Shown piece after piece: positions 20,066-31,088 of a stretch of 64,000 bases of DNA (position 1 is its first letter; every line of letters begins with the position of its first letter). A program made the translations under genes and the position numbers. Under the pieces are notes generated by a model, which saw nothing but the letters and a program-made list of their open reading frames with translations, ran no database searches and was not told the DNA's origin. The stretch is from the NCBI GenBank assembly GCA_963846575.1, contig CAWJWJ010000002.1, forward strand, positions 448,001-512,000, in the 5' to 3' direction. Origin of the DNA: an uncultured Nitrospiraceae bacterium. Lineage in GTDB: Bacteria > Nitrospirota > Nitrospiria > Nitrospirales > Nitrospiraceae.

Positions 20066-21831
20066 TGAGGTCGGGTCCTTTCGAAGGCAGTCAACAGCTC
20101 TAAGAGTGTGATTCTCTTCAGCGGTTTGGTCATGTGGGCGTTGCAGCCTGCCTCAATGATTCGTGCGGATTCTTCCTTCAGTGCCAACGCCGTGAGCGCC
20201 ACGATCTTGACCGCGGGTAGGTCTTGCTCTTGTTCCCATTTGCGGATGGTTCTGGTGGCGGTGAGGCCGTCCATGACCGGCATCTGCATATCCATCAGGA
20301 TCAGGTCGTAATGTCCGTTCTGGAATTTTGCGACTCCGATCTGGCCGTTGTCGGCCAGATCCATTCGATGGGGGGTGTCCTTGAGGTAGGATTTGATCAG
20401 GATCTGGTTATCCGGCGAATCTTCGACAAGGAGAATCCGCAATGGCTTGCACAGGGAGGCTGCGGGCAAATGAGAATGCTGAGCGGTTGCCAGAAGACCA
20501 TTTTGGCTGCGTCCAAGGGCAATGCTGATAGTTTGTTGGAGATCAGGACGCCGGATCGGCTTGACCAAATACCCACCCAGGCCGAGTTCGTAAGTTCTGG
20601 CAATGTCGTCAGCCCAACGGTCGGAAGCCAACATGATGATCGTGAGGCCGCTGAGGCGATGATCATCTCGGATCCGCTCGATGACTTCAAACCCGTCCAT
20701 GCCGGGCATTCGGCAATCCAATAATAGGAGGCTAAAGGGCATGTTGGAAGCAGCCGCCTGGTTCAGCAGTTCCATGGCCTGCTCGCCGCACTCGGCTTCG
20801 TCCACGAGGGCCCCCCACCCGAATAGTGTTTCGCGCAGAATTAAGCGGTTGGTCGGGTAGTCATCCACCACCAGGCAGCGCAATCCTTTCAAATTCAGCG
20901 CGACGGGTACCTTGGATGCCGACGGAGCCGTTTGTACGCCGAGCCGAACTGCGCAATGAAAGGTGCTGCCTTCGCCGAGTGTGCTTTCGGCCCAGATTCG
21001 ACCACCCATGAGCTTGGCTAATTGCTGCGATATCGATAATCCCAGGCCTGTGCCGCCGTACTGACGGGCGATGGTGCTATGAGCCTGAGTAAATGTCTCG
21101 AAAATGGTTTTTAATTTATCCGGAGGGACTCCGATGCCGGTGTCCTTGATAGAGAATCGAATCCCGCCGGCTTCCCGGCAGTCTGGATCGTTGGTTATGG
21201 TCATGACCACTGAGCCCTGCTCGGTAAACTTGATCGCATTCCCAAGGAGGTTCAGGAGGATCTGGTACAGCCGATTAGGGTCGCCGATCAGATGGCAGGG
21301 GACGTCATGTGCCAGATGCGAAACCAGTTCGAGCCCCTTCTCATTGGCCCGAAGCGCCAGCATTTCGCTGGCCTTGTCGATCAACTCAGAGAGATCAAAG
21401 TCAATCCTGTCTAAATCCAGACGCCCTGATTCCACCTTGGAGAGGTCCAGAATGTCGTTAATGAGGCTCAGCAGACTCGCGCCAGCACGGCGAAAGATAC
21501 GCAGATATTTTCTTTGCTCAGACGTGAGGGCGGTTTCCCATAACAGATCTGCCATGCCGATGATGGCGTTCATGGGAGTCCGAATCTCATGGCTCATGCT
21601 GGCCAGGAATTCACTCTTGGCACGATTGGCGACCTCAGCGGCGTCCTTGGCGGTCTGAAGCTCTGCGACGCGGCGCTCCAGTTCGCCGGAGACGCGCTGT
21701 AGGGCCCGTTCCGCCCGCCGGCGTGCAGCCTGTTCGCGTTGTAAGGCCGTGAGCGGACGAGAAGGAGTACGGGACACGGGTTTTGCCGGGGGGGCGGAGG
21801 TTCGGTGGGGATGAGCTGCGCGTTTCGCCAT
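20062..21831 (-). CDS. Hybrid histidine kinase HisKA-HATPase-REC-REC with no input domain
   Basis: [31 protein letters not shown], two REC domains. Confidence 0.95.
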   Translation of the reverse strand: MAKRAAHPHRTSAPPAKPVSRTPSRPLTALQREQAARRRAERALQRVSGELERRVAELQTAKDAAEVANRAKSEFLASMSHEIRTPMNAIIGMADLLWETALTSEQRKYLRIFRRAGASLLSLINDILDLSKVESGRLDLDRIDFDLSELIDKASEMLALRANEKGLELVSHLAHDVPCHLIGDPNRLYQILLNLLGNAIKFTEQGSVVMTITNDPDCREAGGIRFSIKDTGIGVPPDKLKTIFETFTQAHSTIARQYGGTGLGLSISQQLAKLMGGRIWAESTLGEGSTFHCAVRLGVQTAPSASKVPVALNLKGLRCLVVDDYPTNRLILRETLFGWGALVDEAECGEQAMELLNQAAASNMPFSLLLLDCRMPGMDGFEVIERIRDDHRLSGLTIIMLASDRWADDIARTYELGLGGYLVKPIRRPDLQQTISIALGRSQNGLLATAQHSHLPAASLCKPLRILLVEDSPDNQILIKSYLKDTPHRMDLADNGQIGVAKFQNGHYDLILMDMQMPVMDGLTATRTIRKWEQEQDLPAVKIVALTALALKEESARIIEAGCNAHMTKPLKRITLLELLTAFERTRPQ

Positions 21832-21898
21832 GTCCTGGTCGGATCGTGTTCAGCCCCGGATGGGGATGCGGAATGGACCGCACATCGGCGTGAGGCCG

Positions 21899-22903
21899 TT
21901 AGTCCTTATGAATGTGATGCACCAATGTCAGCACGCCGGCCTGTTTGGCGCGATTGCGCCCTTCCTGTTTCGCTTGGTATAGCGCTTGATCGGCGGCCCG
22001 TATCAGATCGGTCGGGGCCGCAACGCGGTTCGGTACCGTACTCGCGAAGCCAAGACTGATAGTAATGGGATCTCCATTGGGATGTTTGATTTCAGCCTCA
22101 CAGACCTTTCGCCTCAGCGTATCCGCAACCTGTGCCGCGCCTTCCACCGTGGTTCCCGGTAAGACGATGACGAACTCGTCGCCCCCGTAGCGGGCTACCA
22201 AGTCACCGGGACGGTTGACATGGCTGGAAATAAGTTGGGCGACCTGGCGCAGACACTCATCGCCGGCCTGGTGTCCGTGGCTGTCGTTGTAGGTCTTGAA
22301 AAAATCGATATCCAGCATGATCAGAGACAGTGGCGTCGATTCGCGGGCGGCCCGCCGCCATTCCTGATCAAGGAAGTCGTCGAATTGCCGCCGATTCGTA
22401 ATCCCCGTCAAGCCGTCAAGACAGGAGAGGCGTAACAACATCTGATTGGCTTCCTGGAGCTGGCGCATGACCTCGAGGAGTTCCTGCTCGCGTGCGCGCC
22501 GCCGTTCGATTTCATGGACGAGGCGGAGCACGCAGCGGACGCGCGTCAAGAGCTCAATCTTGCTGAGGGGCTTCGCCACATAATCGATCGCGCCGGCGGC
22601 AAAGGCGAGTTGCAGATCCACGGGATCCGTTTTGACCGTAGCCATAATGATGGGGATGTCCCGATAGCGTTCGACGGCTTTGATTTGCCGGCAGGCCTCG
22701 ATGCCGTTCGTAGACGGCATGACGATGTCCATTAATACCAGATCGACCCGGCCAGTCAGTTGCTTTCCGCCGTCGAGACCCAGGAGGCGAAACGCGGCTG
22801 CGGCGGATTCGGCAACGAAGGTTTCTTCATAACCGGCGTTCGTGAGAATAGATTGCATCAGGAGGCGATCGTCCGCCGAGTCATCGACGATCAAGATACC
22901 CAT
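21899..22903 (-). CDS. Response-regulator diguanylate cyclase (REC-GGDEF)
   Basis: REC; DGLTG..NRR; RPGD I-site; YGGDEF active site. Confidence 0.95.
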   Translation of the reverse strand: MGILIVDDSADDRLLMQSILTNAGYEETFVAESAAAAFRLLGLDGGKQLTGRVDLVLMDIVMPSTNGIEACRQIKAVERYRDIPIIMATVKTDPVDLQLAFAAGAIDYVAKPLSKIELLTRVRCVLRLVHEIERRRAREQELLEVMRQLQEANQMLLRLSCLDGLTGITNRRQFDDFLDQEWRRAARESTPLSLIMLDIDFFKTYNDSHGHQAGDECLRQVAQLISSHVNRPGDLVARYGGDEFVIVLPGTTVEGAAQVADTLRRKVCEAEIKHPNGDPITISLGFASTVPNRVAAPTDLIRAADQALYQAKQEGRNRAKQAGVLTLVHHIHKD

Positions 22904-22947
22904 GGCAGCAGTCTCCGTAGGGGTGTGTCGTAGGAGGATGCTAGCAG

Positions 22948-23595
22948 CTAGTCTGCGTAAACACCAGGGTAAAGCTTTTTGATGCAGGGGGTGCAGAGTC
23001 CGTGACTGAATTCGGCTTCGGAATGTTGTTGGAGGTATTCCTCTAACTGTTGCCAGAATCCTTGATCGTTGCGGATCTTCTTGCAGGAGGCACAGATCGG
23101 CACGAGACCTTTGAGGACCTTCACTTCGCGCAGGGCTTGTTGCAGTTCTTCATTGCTGCGCCGCAGTTCCCGTTCGCGCGCTTTGCGGCAATCCATTTCT
23201 TTTTTTAACATGAGCGCAGAGTTGACACGGGCGAGAAGTTCTACGCTATTGACCGGCTTGTTGATGAAGTCCATGGCGCCGGCTGAGAAGGCGGCTTGCA
23301 GATTATCGAGATCCGTTTTTGCCGTGACGACGATCACGGGGATATCCCGAAGACGGTCCAGGCTCTTGAGATGGCGAGTGGCGGCCACCCCGTCTGTGCC
23401 GGGCATGAGGAAGTCCATGAGAATGAGATCAATCGAAGGTGGAATATCTGATGTCGAAGCAGACGTCGCGCCGAGTAGGTCATACGCGGAGGAGGCCGAT
23501 TCTGCGACGAGCAACTCGGAATAACCGGCTTTGTTCAAAATCGTACGGAGCAGCAATTGCTGGTCCGGCGAATCGTCAACGATCAAAATGCTCAT
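22948..23595 (-). CDS. Response regulator with C-terminal Cys/His putative Zn-binding domain
   Basis: REC (VDD, MDFLMP, KP), coiled coil, [10 protein letters not shown]...SHGLCTPC. Confidence 0.9.
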   Translation of the reverse strand: MSILIVDDSPDQQLLLRTILNKAGYSELLVAESASSAYDLLGATSASTSDIPPSIDLILMDFLMPGTDGVAATRHLKSLDRLRDIPVIVVTAKTDLDNLQAAFSAGAMDFINKPVNSVELLARVNSALMLKKEMDCRKARERELRRSNEELQQALREVKVLKGLVPICASCKKIRNDQGFWQQLEEYLQQHSEAEFSHGLCTPCIKKLYPGVYAD

Positions 23596-23748
23596 GTGTC
23601 GACCTCATCCGATGGTTGGCCTGAGAGACCTCGAGAGATACGATGGGATAGCCGGACAGTCGACATCCCGCAGACGAGATCCGCTCTTGTAGTCCGTCAT
23701 ATTCGTATCGGCAGATTGGATGGCCAGGTTGAGTCTAGCGGGTGGGGG

Positions 23749-24198
23749 CTAACGTTGGAGGGCGGTCTTCACCAATTCACTTACCAGCTTGCCGTCGACG
23801 GATTGACCGGCCAGGCGGGCCATGACCGCTTTCATTACGCTGCCCAGCTCTTTGAGAGAGGACGCGCCGCATTCCTTGACCACGGCCTCGACGACCTCTG
23901 CTATTTCGCCGGAGGAAAGGGCGTTCGGGAGATATCCCTCGATGATGGTAATCTCAAGCCGTTCCTTTGTGGCGAGGTCTTGCCGGTTGCCTTTCTCGAA
24001 TTGCTCGGCAGCCTCTTTTCGCTGCTTGATCAGAGTGGTCATAATCCGGCTCATGCCTGCATCGTCCAGATCTTGCTTGAGTTCGACTTCCTTGTACTGC
24101 ACAGCGGCTTTGATCATGCGAATAACGTCCATGCGCAGTTGATCCCTGGACTTCATCGCCGATTTCAAATCCTCGCTCAATCGATCATGCAGTGACAT
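23749..24198 (-). CDS. GatB/YqeY domain protein
   Basis: LSEDLKSAMKSRD..IKQRKEA..F..GNR.DLA..E..YLP; GSVMKAVM..DGK. Confidence 0.92.
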   Translation of the reverse strand: MSLHDRLSEDLKSAMKSRDQLRMDVIRMIKAAVQYKEVELKQDLDDAGMSRIMTTLIKQRKEAAEQFEKGNRQDLATKERLEITIIEGYLPNALSSGEIAEVVEAVVKECGASSLKELGSVMKAVMARLAGQSVDGKLVSELVKTALQR

Positions 24199-24412
24199 AG
24201 GCGTCCTTTCAGGTGGGAAGCAGTACCGGCCTGCAGAATAGCTTTTTTGCAGGAGGCAGTCAACGCAAGGGCCGCTCGACCGTGGGACGAGAAAGCGAGG
24301 GGCCCTCCAAGGCCAGGGTTTTCAAGTTGAGAGCCGAGGGAGTCTGTCCCATAATGAATGAATGTGCGTGAAGGCGATCCGGCAGAGAACAGATAAATGG
24401 AGGGGTCCTGAG

Positions 24413-24625
24413 ATGAATGACAGGAACGGGTGCAGGGGGGAGGGGAATCGGCTTGGGGTGATGGTGTGCGGCTTTCTTGCCAGCGCGTTGTTGGTCGCGG
24501 GTTGTGCCAGCGACAAAACAAAACCGATGGCTCAGCCATCACCGGAGCAGGTGAAGGGTAGTGCGGATCGCGCATTCGATAAGCTCAAACAGGAAGAACG
24601 GGATCGCAGGCCGGCCGGCATGTGA
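24413..24625 (+). CDS. Small lipoprotein
   Basis: GGAGG SD; hydrophobic stretch ending in lipobox VAGC. Confidence 0.7.
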   Translation: MNDRNGCRGEGNRLGVMVCGFLASALLVAGCASDKTKPMAQPSPEQVKGSADRAFDKLKQEERDRRPAGM

Positions 24626-24661
24626 TCGGCCCTGGCCGGGGACTCTTCATCCTAGGAGGGG

Positions 24662-26071
24662 TCAGGCAGGATTTCTCCAGGGCCAGAGGGCTGCGATCGG
24701 TTTGACCAGCGGGAGTTCCCACACCAGTTGCCGGCGAGACGGGGGGCGGAGTGGCCGGGGCTCGCCGAACGCGCCGAGCAAACTGGCGGCAATCACCAAT
24801 CGTAATGCGCCGGAGAGGCAGAATAGGAAGGGCAGGTTCGAAGCCGGCGTCAGTTCCCAAACGCCAATCGAAAGATGGGTGGGTATCATGGTAGCGAGCC
24901 AGCTGCCAGTGAGGGCTCCGAGACCCCATCCGATCGCATTCACCCCGTTGCCAAGCGCGACGCCTCGCGTGCGCTCCTCGGGCCGGACCGAATCAAAGAC
25001 ATAGTTCTGCAGCCCGAGCGACAATCCTGCCCAGATCACGCCGCCTCCGAAGTTCCACAGCACCAAGAACAAATACTGCTCGCTTAACAGGTACCCCATG
25101 GGCAGCAGGGGCACTGCCAATCCGGTAACCGCCAACAGCGTCTTATTGCCGTATCGATCGCCGAGTTGTCCCCAGGCGGTGAGGGTGAGGAACTGCGCCG
25201 AAATGCTGCTGGCCATCCATCCGGCATACTGCAGATACGTCCACTGTAAATCCCGCAGCAAATAGACCACGAAGAATGGTCCGGAAAGGAGGACGGCGAA
25301 ATGCATCAAACCTGAAAATAGGAGGAAGTACCGAAAATCTGCAGTGGCGGTTTCGGTGAGAAAATGGCGGAATCCGTGGGGGGCTTCGATCTGATGTGTC
25401 GGGACCAGCGTGGAGATGTTGGTCTGGCAGCGAGTGGCTCCTACTCGAGCCGCGGCGGCACCCAAGAAGATGATCACGAATCCGACCCAGCTGATCTCCC
25501 ATTCCTGGCCGATGGTTAGGACTGCACCAGCCACTCCCAAGGCAACAAAACTGGTCAATGCCGTGATGCGGGCTCGACGGGCAAAATAGGTGCCCCGGTT
25601 ACTTGCATCGACGAGATCAATCAGCAGACTGTTCCAGACTGGAATTGTGGCCTGACCGAAGGCAAAGTAGGCCATAGCGCAACCGATTAAGAGCCAGGGG
25701 CCATGTTCGGGCACGAGCAAGGGCAGGGCCAGCAGCGGGATCCAGCAGATGGCTTGCCCCCAACCGCCGGCGCGGATGAGGTCGCCGGGCACACGGAAGT
25801 ACCGGCGAAGTTTGACCGAACAGAGCTGAGCGAGCATGCCGACCAGTTGAGGCAGTGCGGAGAGTATGCCGATGTGGAAGGAAGATGCCTGTAGGAGCAA
25901 CGCGAAGGCGGAAAAATAACTTTCCCCGCCGCCTTGGGCTGCTGCTTGGAAGGCCGCGTCGCGGGCGCCATAACGCTGGCCGAGAGCCTTCACGTCCGGG
26001 TCGAGCGGAGTTTTTCCATCATCGGAAGACGGAACGGAAGCCATGTGCCGCTCGGCGGGTAACTGATTCAT
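24662..26071 (-). CDS. MFS transporter
   Basis: About 12 TM helices; WGQLGDRYGNK MFS motif A-like. Confidence 0.88.
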   Translation of the reverse strand: MNQLPAERHMASVPSSDDGKTPLDPDVKALGQRYGARDAAFQAAAQGGGESYFSAFALLLQASSFHIGILSALPQLVGMLAQLCSVKLRRYFRVPGDLIRAGGWGQAICWIPLLALPLLVPEHGPWLLIGCAMAYFAFGQATIPVWNSLLIDLVDASNRGTYFARRARITALTSFVALGVAGAVLTIGQEWEISWVGFVIIFLGAAAARVGATRCQTNISTLVPTHQIEAPHGFRHFLTETATADFRYFLLFSGLMHFAVLLSGPFFVVYLLRDLQWTYLQYAGWMASSISAQFLTLTAWGQLGDRYGNKTLLAVTGLAVPLLPMGYLLSEQYLFLVLWNFGGGVIWAGLSLGLQNYVFDSVRPEERTRGVALGNGVNAIGWGLGALTGSWLATMIPTHLSIGVWELTPASNLPFLFCLSGALRLVIAASLLGAFGEPRPLRPPSRRQLVWELPLVKPIAALWPWRNPA

Positions 26072-26229
26072 GAGGCGACGCGGGACCGTGAAGGGAAGCA
26101 GGTATAGAGATAAATCCTTGAGGCCCGAGGTCTAGCGAAAGTATATCAGAACCAGGGGCCATAATACGCTTTGTCCCACGAAACACCCACCCCGTTGACC
26201 CCTACGCTGACACTGAGTACGATACGAGT

Positions 26230-26925
26230 ATGAACTTGAATCCGTCATGGTCAACTGTGCGGCGATGCCTTCACATGGATCTCGGCCTGCCACCCTACCG
26301 TCTGGTCTCGGCACTGCTTCTCACGGTTGGTCTAGGATTCTCACCGTCCGTAGTCCAGGGTCGTGACCTGATGGTTCCGAAGGAGCAGGAATCGACGGAG
26401 TTCGAGCCGACCGAGACGCCCTCGCTGGATACTCAACAACGAGGCGTTCCGCAGTCGCTTTTTACCTGGATCAAGATGGCGCGCGGGTACGAAGTGGAAT
26501 GGGATACATTCGGGAGAAAGGGCTGGTATACGCAGGATCCTCGTTTGAAGCCGATCGATCCGGGCACCACTCGATTCACGCCCGACACCCCGGCGGTGTA
26601 CATCGTCTTCGAGGTTGCTCCGCTGGAGGACCCCGCTCAATTTGCCGCACAGGTCTATCCGGTGTCGACGGAAGGCACAACGGCCGATACAGTCATCGTG
26701 AGCGATAGACTGGAGGTGCCGGGTCATGAGCGATATGGATTTCTCGAGTTGAGAAAACCTTCTGCCGGATGGCCGTCAGGAAAATACGTCGTCAAAATCT
26801 ACATCACCTCGCTGGGACAGCAGCCCTTCCACGCCGTCAATCAGGTTGGCATGATGCATTTTACCGTCACCGACGCCCCGGCTCCCGATGCCTCATCCTT
26901 CGTGCCGGATCCCACAACACGTTGA
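26230..26925 (+). CDS. Exported hypothetical protein (beta-sandwich-like C-terminus)
   Basis: Signal-peptide-like N-terminus; WPSGKYVVKIY strand pattern; start may be 26275. Confidence 0.7.
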   Translation: MNLNPSWSTVRRCLHMDLGLPPYRLVSALLLTVGLGFSPSVVQGRDLMVPKEQESTEFEPTETPSLDTQQRGVPQSLFTWIKMARGYEVEWDTFGRKGWYTQDPRLKPIDPGTTRFTPDTPAVYIVFEVAPLEDPAQFAAQVYPVSTEGTTADTVIVSDRLEVPGHERYGFLELRKPSAGWPSGKYVVKIYITSLGQQPFHAVNQVGMMHFTVTDAPAPDASSFVPDPTTR

Positions 26926-27013
26926 AATCTCCCATAGCTTGGTCTAACGTGCATCACCGTCCGCCGTAGTCGACGGCGGCGACGGTCAGTCGATTTTACC
27001 CGGGAGTAAGTGC

Positions 27014-27289
27014 ATGAATGAAACCGATGCGGAGAAGTTGGCGCTGTTATACGAGCGTTTCTGTGACGTGTGTCTGGTAGAGAAGGAAGTCTGGACCGAG
27101 ATCTATATGCCTCGAACCTTTAAGGACGGTACCGCCGTCCGGACGAATATTCAAGACCGGTATGATGTGATCATCGATGACCCGTCGGTAGAAGACGCCT
27201 TGGAGGCGAATATCCCCCTTGGGAAGGCCGCGTTGAGCGCGGCCATTCAAGAATATCGAGCCCACATCAACTTTGAAAAGAAGGCGTGA
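27014..27289 (+). CDS. Hypothetical protein
   Basis: GGGAG SD, ATG, protein-like composition. Confidence 0.75.
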   Translation: MNETDAEKLALLYERFCDVCLVEKEVWTEIYMPRTFKDGTAVRTNIQDRYDVIIDDPSVEDALEANIPLGKAALSAAIQEYRAHINFEKKA

Positions 27290-27295
27290 GGCGCG

Positions 27296-27916
27296 TTACT
27301 GTCCGGCAAGAAAACGTTCGACGTCCTTCACGACCTCCGCGGCCAGGGGTTTTGTCCGATGGTGGTAACGAGCCACTACATTGCCGGAGCGGTCGACCAG
27401 GTACTTCTGGAAATTCCACTCCACCTCACCCGGAAATGGACTCTGTTCCGTCAGGTAGTGATAAAGGGGATGTTTGTCGCTTCCCTTCACGCTGATCTTG
27501 CTGAAGAGAGGAAACCCCACGCTGTACTTTGTCAGGCAAAAGCCCTTGATTTCCTCGTTGGTTCCAGGTTCTTGCTGGCCAAAATTATTGGCGGGGAAGG
27601 CAAGGATCTCAAAGCCCTTGTCCTTGTAACTCTCGTACATAGTTTCGAGGTCCGTATATTGCGGGGTATTGCCGCAGAAGCTGGCCGTGTTCACCAGCAT
27701 AATCACCTTTCCTTTGAACTGGCTCAGCGAAACCGGTTTCCCGTCGATGTCGTTCAGGGTGAAATCGTACACGGTCGATGCCTTAGCGGCCATACGGACT
27801 CCTCCTTGTTCTGCCGAACTCACTTGCTCGAGGCCTGGGAAGGCGCCTAGGCCAAGACTTATAAACAGCCCCCCAACGAGCACTTTCCAGGAACATGATG
27901 GTCGGATGAACGGCAT
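27296..27916 (-). CDS. Glutathione peroxidase family protein (Cys type) with signal-peptide-like extension
   Basis: VNTASFCGNTPQY, AFPANNFGQQEPG, WNFQKYLVD. Confidence 0.95.
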   Translation of the reverse strand: MPFIRPSCSWKVLVGGLFISLGLGAFPGLEQVSSAEQGGVRMAAKASTVYDFTLNDIDGKPVSLSQFKGKVIMLVNTASFCGNTPQYTDLETMYESYKDKGFEILAFPANNFGQQEPGTNEEIKGFCLTKYSVGFPLFSKISVKGSDKHPLYHYLTEQSPFPGEVEWNFQKYLVDRSGNVVARYHHRTKPLAAEVVKDVERFLAGQ

Positions 27917-27931
27917 GGGAATACTCCTTGG

Positions 27932-28849
27932 TTAGAGTCGTTGCAAGGCTGCGACGCGCTCTTCAATCGGAGGGTGGGTTGCCAGCAAGTGCATGAAGCC
28001 CGACGTACTGCCGGAAATCTTCATGGTTGCCAGTGCGTCCTGAGTTGAATACTCGAATTGGGTGCGATTTACCCACCGGTCGATTCCCTGCAGCGCATTG
28101 ATCATCGACTGTTTCCCGTACACTTTTGCCGCGAATGCGTCTGCGGCAAACTCCCGGCGGCGGGAGTGCCAACTGACCACGACCATGGCCAACACCGACA
28201 GCACGACTTGCAGGAAGATGTAGACCACGAAGCCCAGAATGGGATTCCCGCTCTGACCTGCTTCCCGATCCCCCCCTTGAGGCTGCGCAACCATTTGGTA
28301 AACAAAGTTGCTGATGTAGTGAACGAATGTGTTCATCAGACCGGCCAAAACGGTGGTGGAAAACATGTCGCCGTTGAAGACATGGCCCATTTCATGGGCG
28401 AGCACCGATTTCACTTCGTCTTCGCGCAAATTCGCCAGGAGACCGGTCGACACGGCGACCATCGCATTATTCTTGCTGGGTCCGGTGGCAAAGGCATTGG
28501 GATCGGCTGACTCATAGACCCACACTTCCGGCATGGTGATGTGGAGGCGTTGGGCAATTTCCTGCACGGAGCCGTAAATGACATGTTCGGCATTCGTGCG
28601 CGGCTGCGTAATCTGGGTGCAATCCAACATGGCGCGCGCCATCTGTTTGGAAAGCAGTAGACTGATGAAGGCGCCGCCAAAGCCAATAACGAGGGACCAG
28701 ACCAGTAACTCTTGGCTGAACGCTCCCCGGACATCTATTCCGAAGGTCGGCAGCACGACATTGATCAAGACCCTGACGGTTATCGACAGGGTGAGATAGA
28801 TGAGCACGTTCGCAATGAGCAGCAACCCGATACCCTTCAGCGACTTCAT
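27932..28849 (-). CDS. htpX: Zinc metalloprotease HtpX (M48)
   Basis: PNAFATG, AHEMGHVFNGDM, SRRREFAADA, THPPIEERV; AAGGAGG SD. Confidence 0.93.
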   Translation of the reverse strand: MKSLKGIGLLLIANVLIYLTLSITVRVLINVVLPTFGIDVRGAFSQELLVWSLVIGFGGAFISLLLSKQMARAMLDCTQITQPRTNAEHVIYGSVQEIAQRLHITMPEVWVYESADPNAFATGPSKNNAMVAVSTGLLANLREDEVKSVLAHEMGHVFNGDMFSTTVLAGLMNTFVHYISNFVYQMVAQPQGGDREAGQSGNPILGFVVYIFLQVVLSVLAMVVVSWHSRRREFAADAFAAKVYGKQSMINALQGIDRWVNRTQFEYSTQDALATMKISGSTSGFMHLLATHPPIEERVAALQRL

Positions 28850-29123
28850 GTATGCCCTCCTTAAAGGCCGATTTCCGCGCTCTTCTCTGTCTCGGGCGAG
28901 AGGAAGCTGGTTACCATTATACCCAATTCGTCCTGACCTGCTCTGGGGATAGCAACAGGCGACGATTTGGATTCGGTATGGCAGATAATACCATTTTGCC
29001 ATACAGTCAAGGCTGGATGGGTCAGGGAGTCCTTCAGCGACAGAGGTCCATAGCAGCGGGACGGCGCGGCAAGCGGGCGCCGTCTGGTTGACCCACTCTC
29101 CGCCCTTCTGCTAGAAAAGCCCC

Positions 29124-29567
29124 ATGAGAACGGCCTGGAGATATGTTCATGTGAGCATGTTGGCTCTTCTCATGCTGGTTGGTCCCGTCTTTACCCTGCC
29201 CGTGAGAGGCGCGGAGGGGCCACTCGTCCCGCCGTTATTCGTACCCGTCGATCCTCTAGATGGTATTCAGCGTGCCACCATCATTCTGGACAGCTACGCG
29301 TACACGCCGAACCATGTGATCGTGCAAGCCGGGAGGCCGGTCGAATTACTCCTGACCAGTATCACGACCATCACTCCGCATAACTTTTTATTAAAAAACG
29401 AGGCCGCGGGTCTGTCTATCGAGCGCGACGTCGGTTCAGGGCGTACCGTTACCGTCCAATTCACCGTGATGAAGCCCGGCATCTACCCGTTCCATTGCGA
29501 CAAAAAACTCCTGTTCTTCCCTAGTCATCAGGAGAAGGGCATGGAAGGCACATTGGAAGTGAGATAA
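29124..29567 (+). CDS. Exported cupredoxin-domain protein
   Basis: Signal peptide; PHNF and PGIYPFHC......HQEKGM type-1 Cu ligands. Confidence 0.85.
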   Translation: MRTAWRYVHVSMLALLMLVGPVFTLPVRGAEGPLVPPLFVPVDPLDGIQRATIILDSYAYTPNHVIVQAGRPVELLLTSITTITPHNFLLKNEAAGLSIERDVGSGRTVTVQFTVMKPGIYPFHCDKKLLFFPSHQEKGMEGTLEVR

Positions 29568-29579
29568 GTAGGTACCTCC

Positions 29580-30620
29580 ACGTCTATTGATTCCGCAAGA
29601 CACGAACTTCTTCACGGCATCCTCAAGCAGGTTTCACGGTCTTTCTACCTGACCCTCAACGTGCTGCCGGCGGATGTGCGGGATCAGATGGGCCTGGCCT
29701 ATCTCTTCGCTCGCGCCGCCGATACCATCGCCGATACCGATTTGATCAGCCGTGAGGAGCGTCTCAGGTATCTGGAACAGTTCCGGGCGCAGTTCAGCGT
29801 CGCTCATGTGGAACGGAAGGATGTGCTGGCGATCCAACTGGCGCTCGTTGGCCGTCAGACGGAGTCAGCGGAGCGGGTGCTGCTGCAACGGTTGGACGAG
29901 TGTCTGGCGCTCTATGACCGGTTCGACTCGGCCGATCAAGAGCGCATTCGATGGCTGATGGGAGTATTGCCTGACGGCATGGCAATGGATCTGAAGTGTT
30001 TCCCCGGTCAGTCGGCGCAGGAGCTAACGGCCCTTGGAACACTTGACGAACTCGATCGGTACACATACCACGTTGCCGGTTGTGTGGGGGAGTTCTGGAC
30101 CAGGATGATCTGTGCCCACCGTCCGGCAATGGCCCGGTGGGATGTGAAGCAGATGTCTGCCATCGGTGTACGATTCGGTAAGGGCTTGCAGCTCACCAAC
30201 ATTGTCAAAGATCTCGCACGGGACCTCCAACGTGGCCGCTGCTACGTGCCCGAACCGCTCCTGCGAGAAGTCGGACTGACACCGGCAGACCTGCTGAACC
30301 AAGGCAACCTGCCGAAATTCAGACCGGTTTTGAACAGGTTGATCCGAACGGCCATGGAACACTTGGATCAAGGCTGGATGTACACCATGGCCCTTCCACG
30401 TTTTGAAATCCGTCAACGATTGGCTTGCATGTGGCCGATTTTACTGGCCGGGGAAACGCTCAAGCGTGTGGCCGCGGCGACTGATCTCCTGGACCCCGCC
30501 GTCAATGTCAAAGCGCCGCGCGCCGTCGTCTATCGCGTGCTGGCGCTCACGACCCTCACGGGAGCTTGCGGTTATGTCGGCACCGCCTATTGGGGCCGGC
30601 TACGAAAGCAGATCGTCTAG
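29580..30620 (+). CDS. Squalene/phytoene synthase family protein (SQS-like)
   Basis: LKQVSRSF, RAADTIAD, YTYHVAGCVG, GLQLTNIVKD..D..RGRCYVP. Start placed at ACG 29580 (see findings); first canonical start is GTG 29661. Confidence 0.9.
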   Translation, partial: TSIDSARHELLHGILKQVSRSFYLTLNVLPADVRDQMGLAYLFARAADTIADTDLISREERLRYLEQFRAQFSVAHVERKDVLAIQLALVGRQTESAERVLLQRLDECLALYDRFDSADQERIRWLMGVLPDGMAMDLKCFPGQSAQELTALGTLDELDRYTYHVAGCVGEFWTRMICAHRPAMARWDVKQMSAIGVRFGKGLQLTNIVKDLARDLQRGRCYVPEPLLREVGLTPADLLNQGNLPKFRPVLNRLIRTAMEHLDQGWMYTMALPRFEIRQRLACMWPILLAGETLKRVAAATDLLDPAVNVKAPRAVVYRVLALTTLTGACGYVGTAYWGRLRKQIV

Positions 30621-30785
30621 CCTGACCGCGCACGTTCCCCTTGTGTCTCCGCAACTCCTCGTGTGTGCCGGTCCGTCAGTGTGCGTCCCATTATAGGTCT
30701 GTCCTGGTAGATTCCCGCGGCGCGCGTCCAATGAGAGCCTTGTTAGCCTGCCTGTGCGGAACAGGAGGCTCTGCCAGGAGTCCGC

Positions 30786-31088
30786 TTACTTCTTCTGCGG
30801 TTCCAGCAGCTTCTCGCCCTTCTTGAAGACGGCATAGATCGCTTGCGACGGACAGGCGTCCAAACATAACCGGCAGCTTTCGAGGCAACGGGAGGGATCG
30901 AACTTATAGGGCGGTGTCGAAAGCCATGCGCTGGTCGGGCAGATGGGAACACAAATGGCTTGATGGGTGCAACGATCGGGATGGCGGACGAGGTGATCGC
31001 GAATGACCAGCATGGGCTTCACTCCTTCGAAGAGACCTTGCGAGAAGATCTCGAACATGTTTTTGTGCGGTAGACTGCTCACTTCCAC
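30786..31088 (-). CDS. Dicluster-type Fe-S ferredoxin
   Basis: CTHQAICVPICP and CLESCRLCLDACP; exact start uncertain. Confidence 0.8.
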   Translation of the reverse strand: MEVSSLPHKNMFEIFSQGLFEGVKPMLVIRDHLVRHPDRCTHQAICVPICPTSAWLSTPPYKFDPSRCLESCRLCLDACPSQAIYAVFKKGEKLLEPQKK

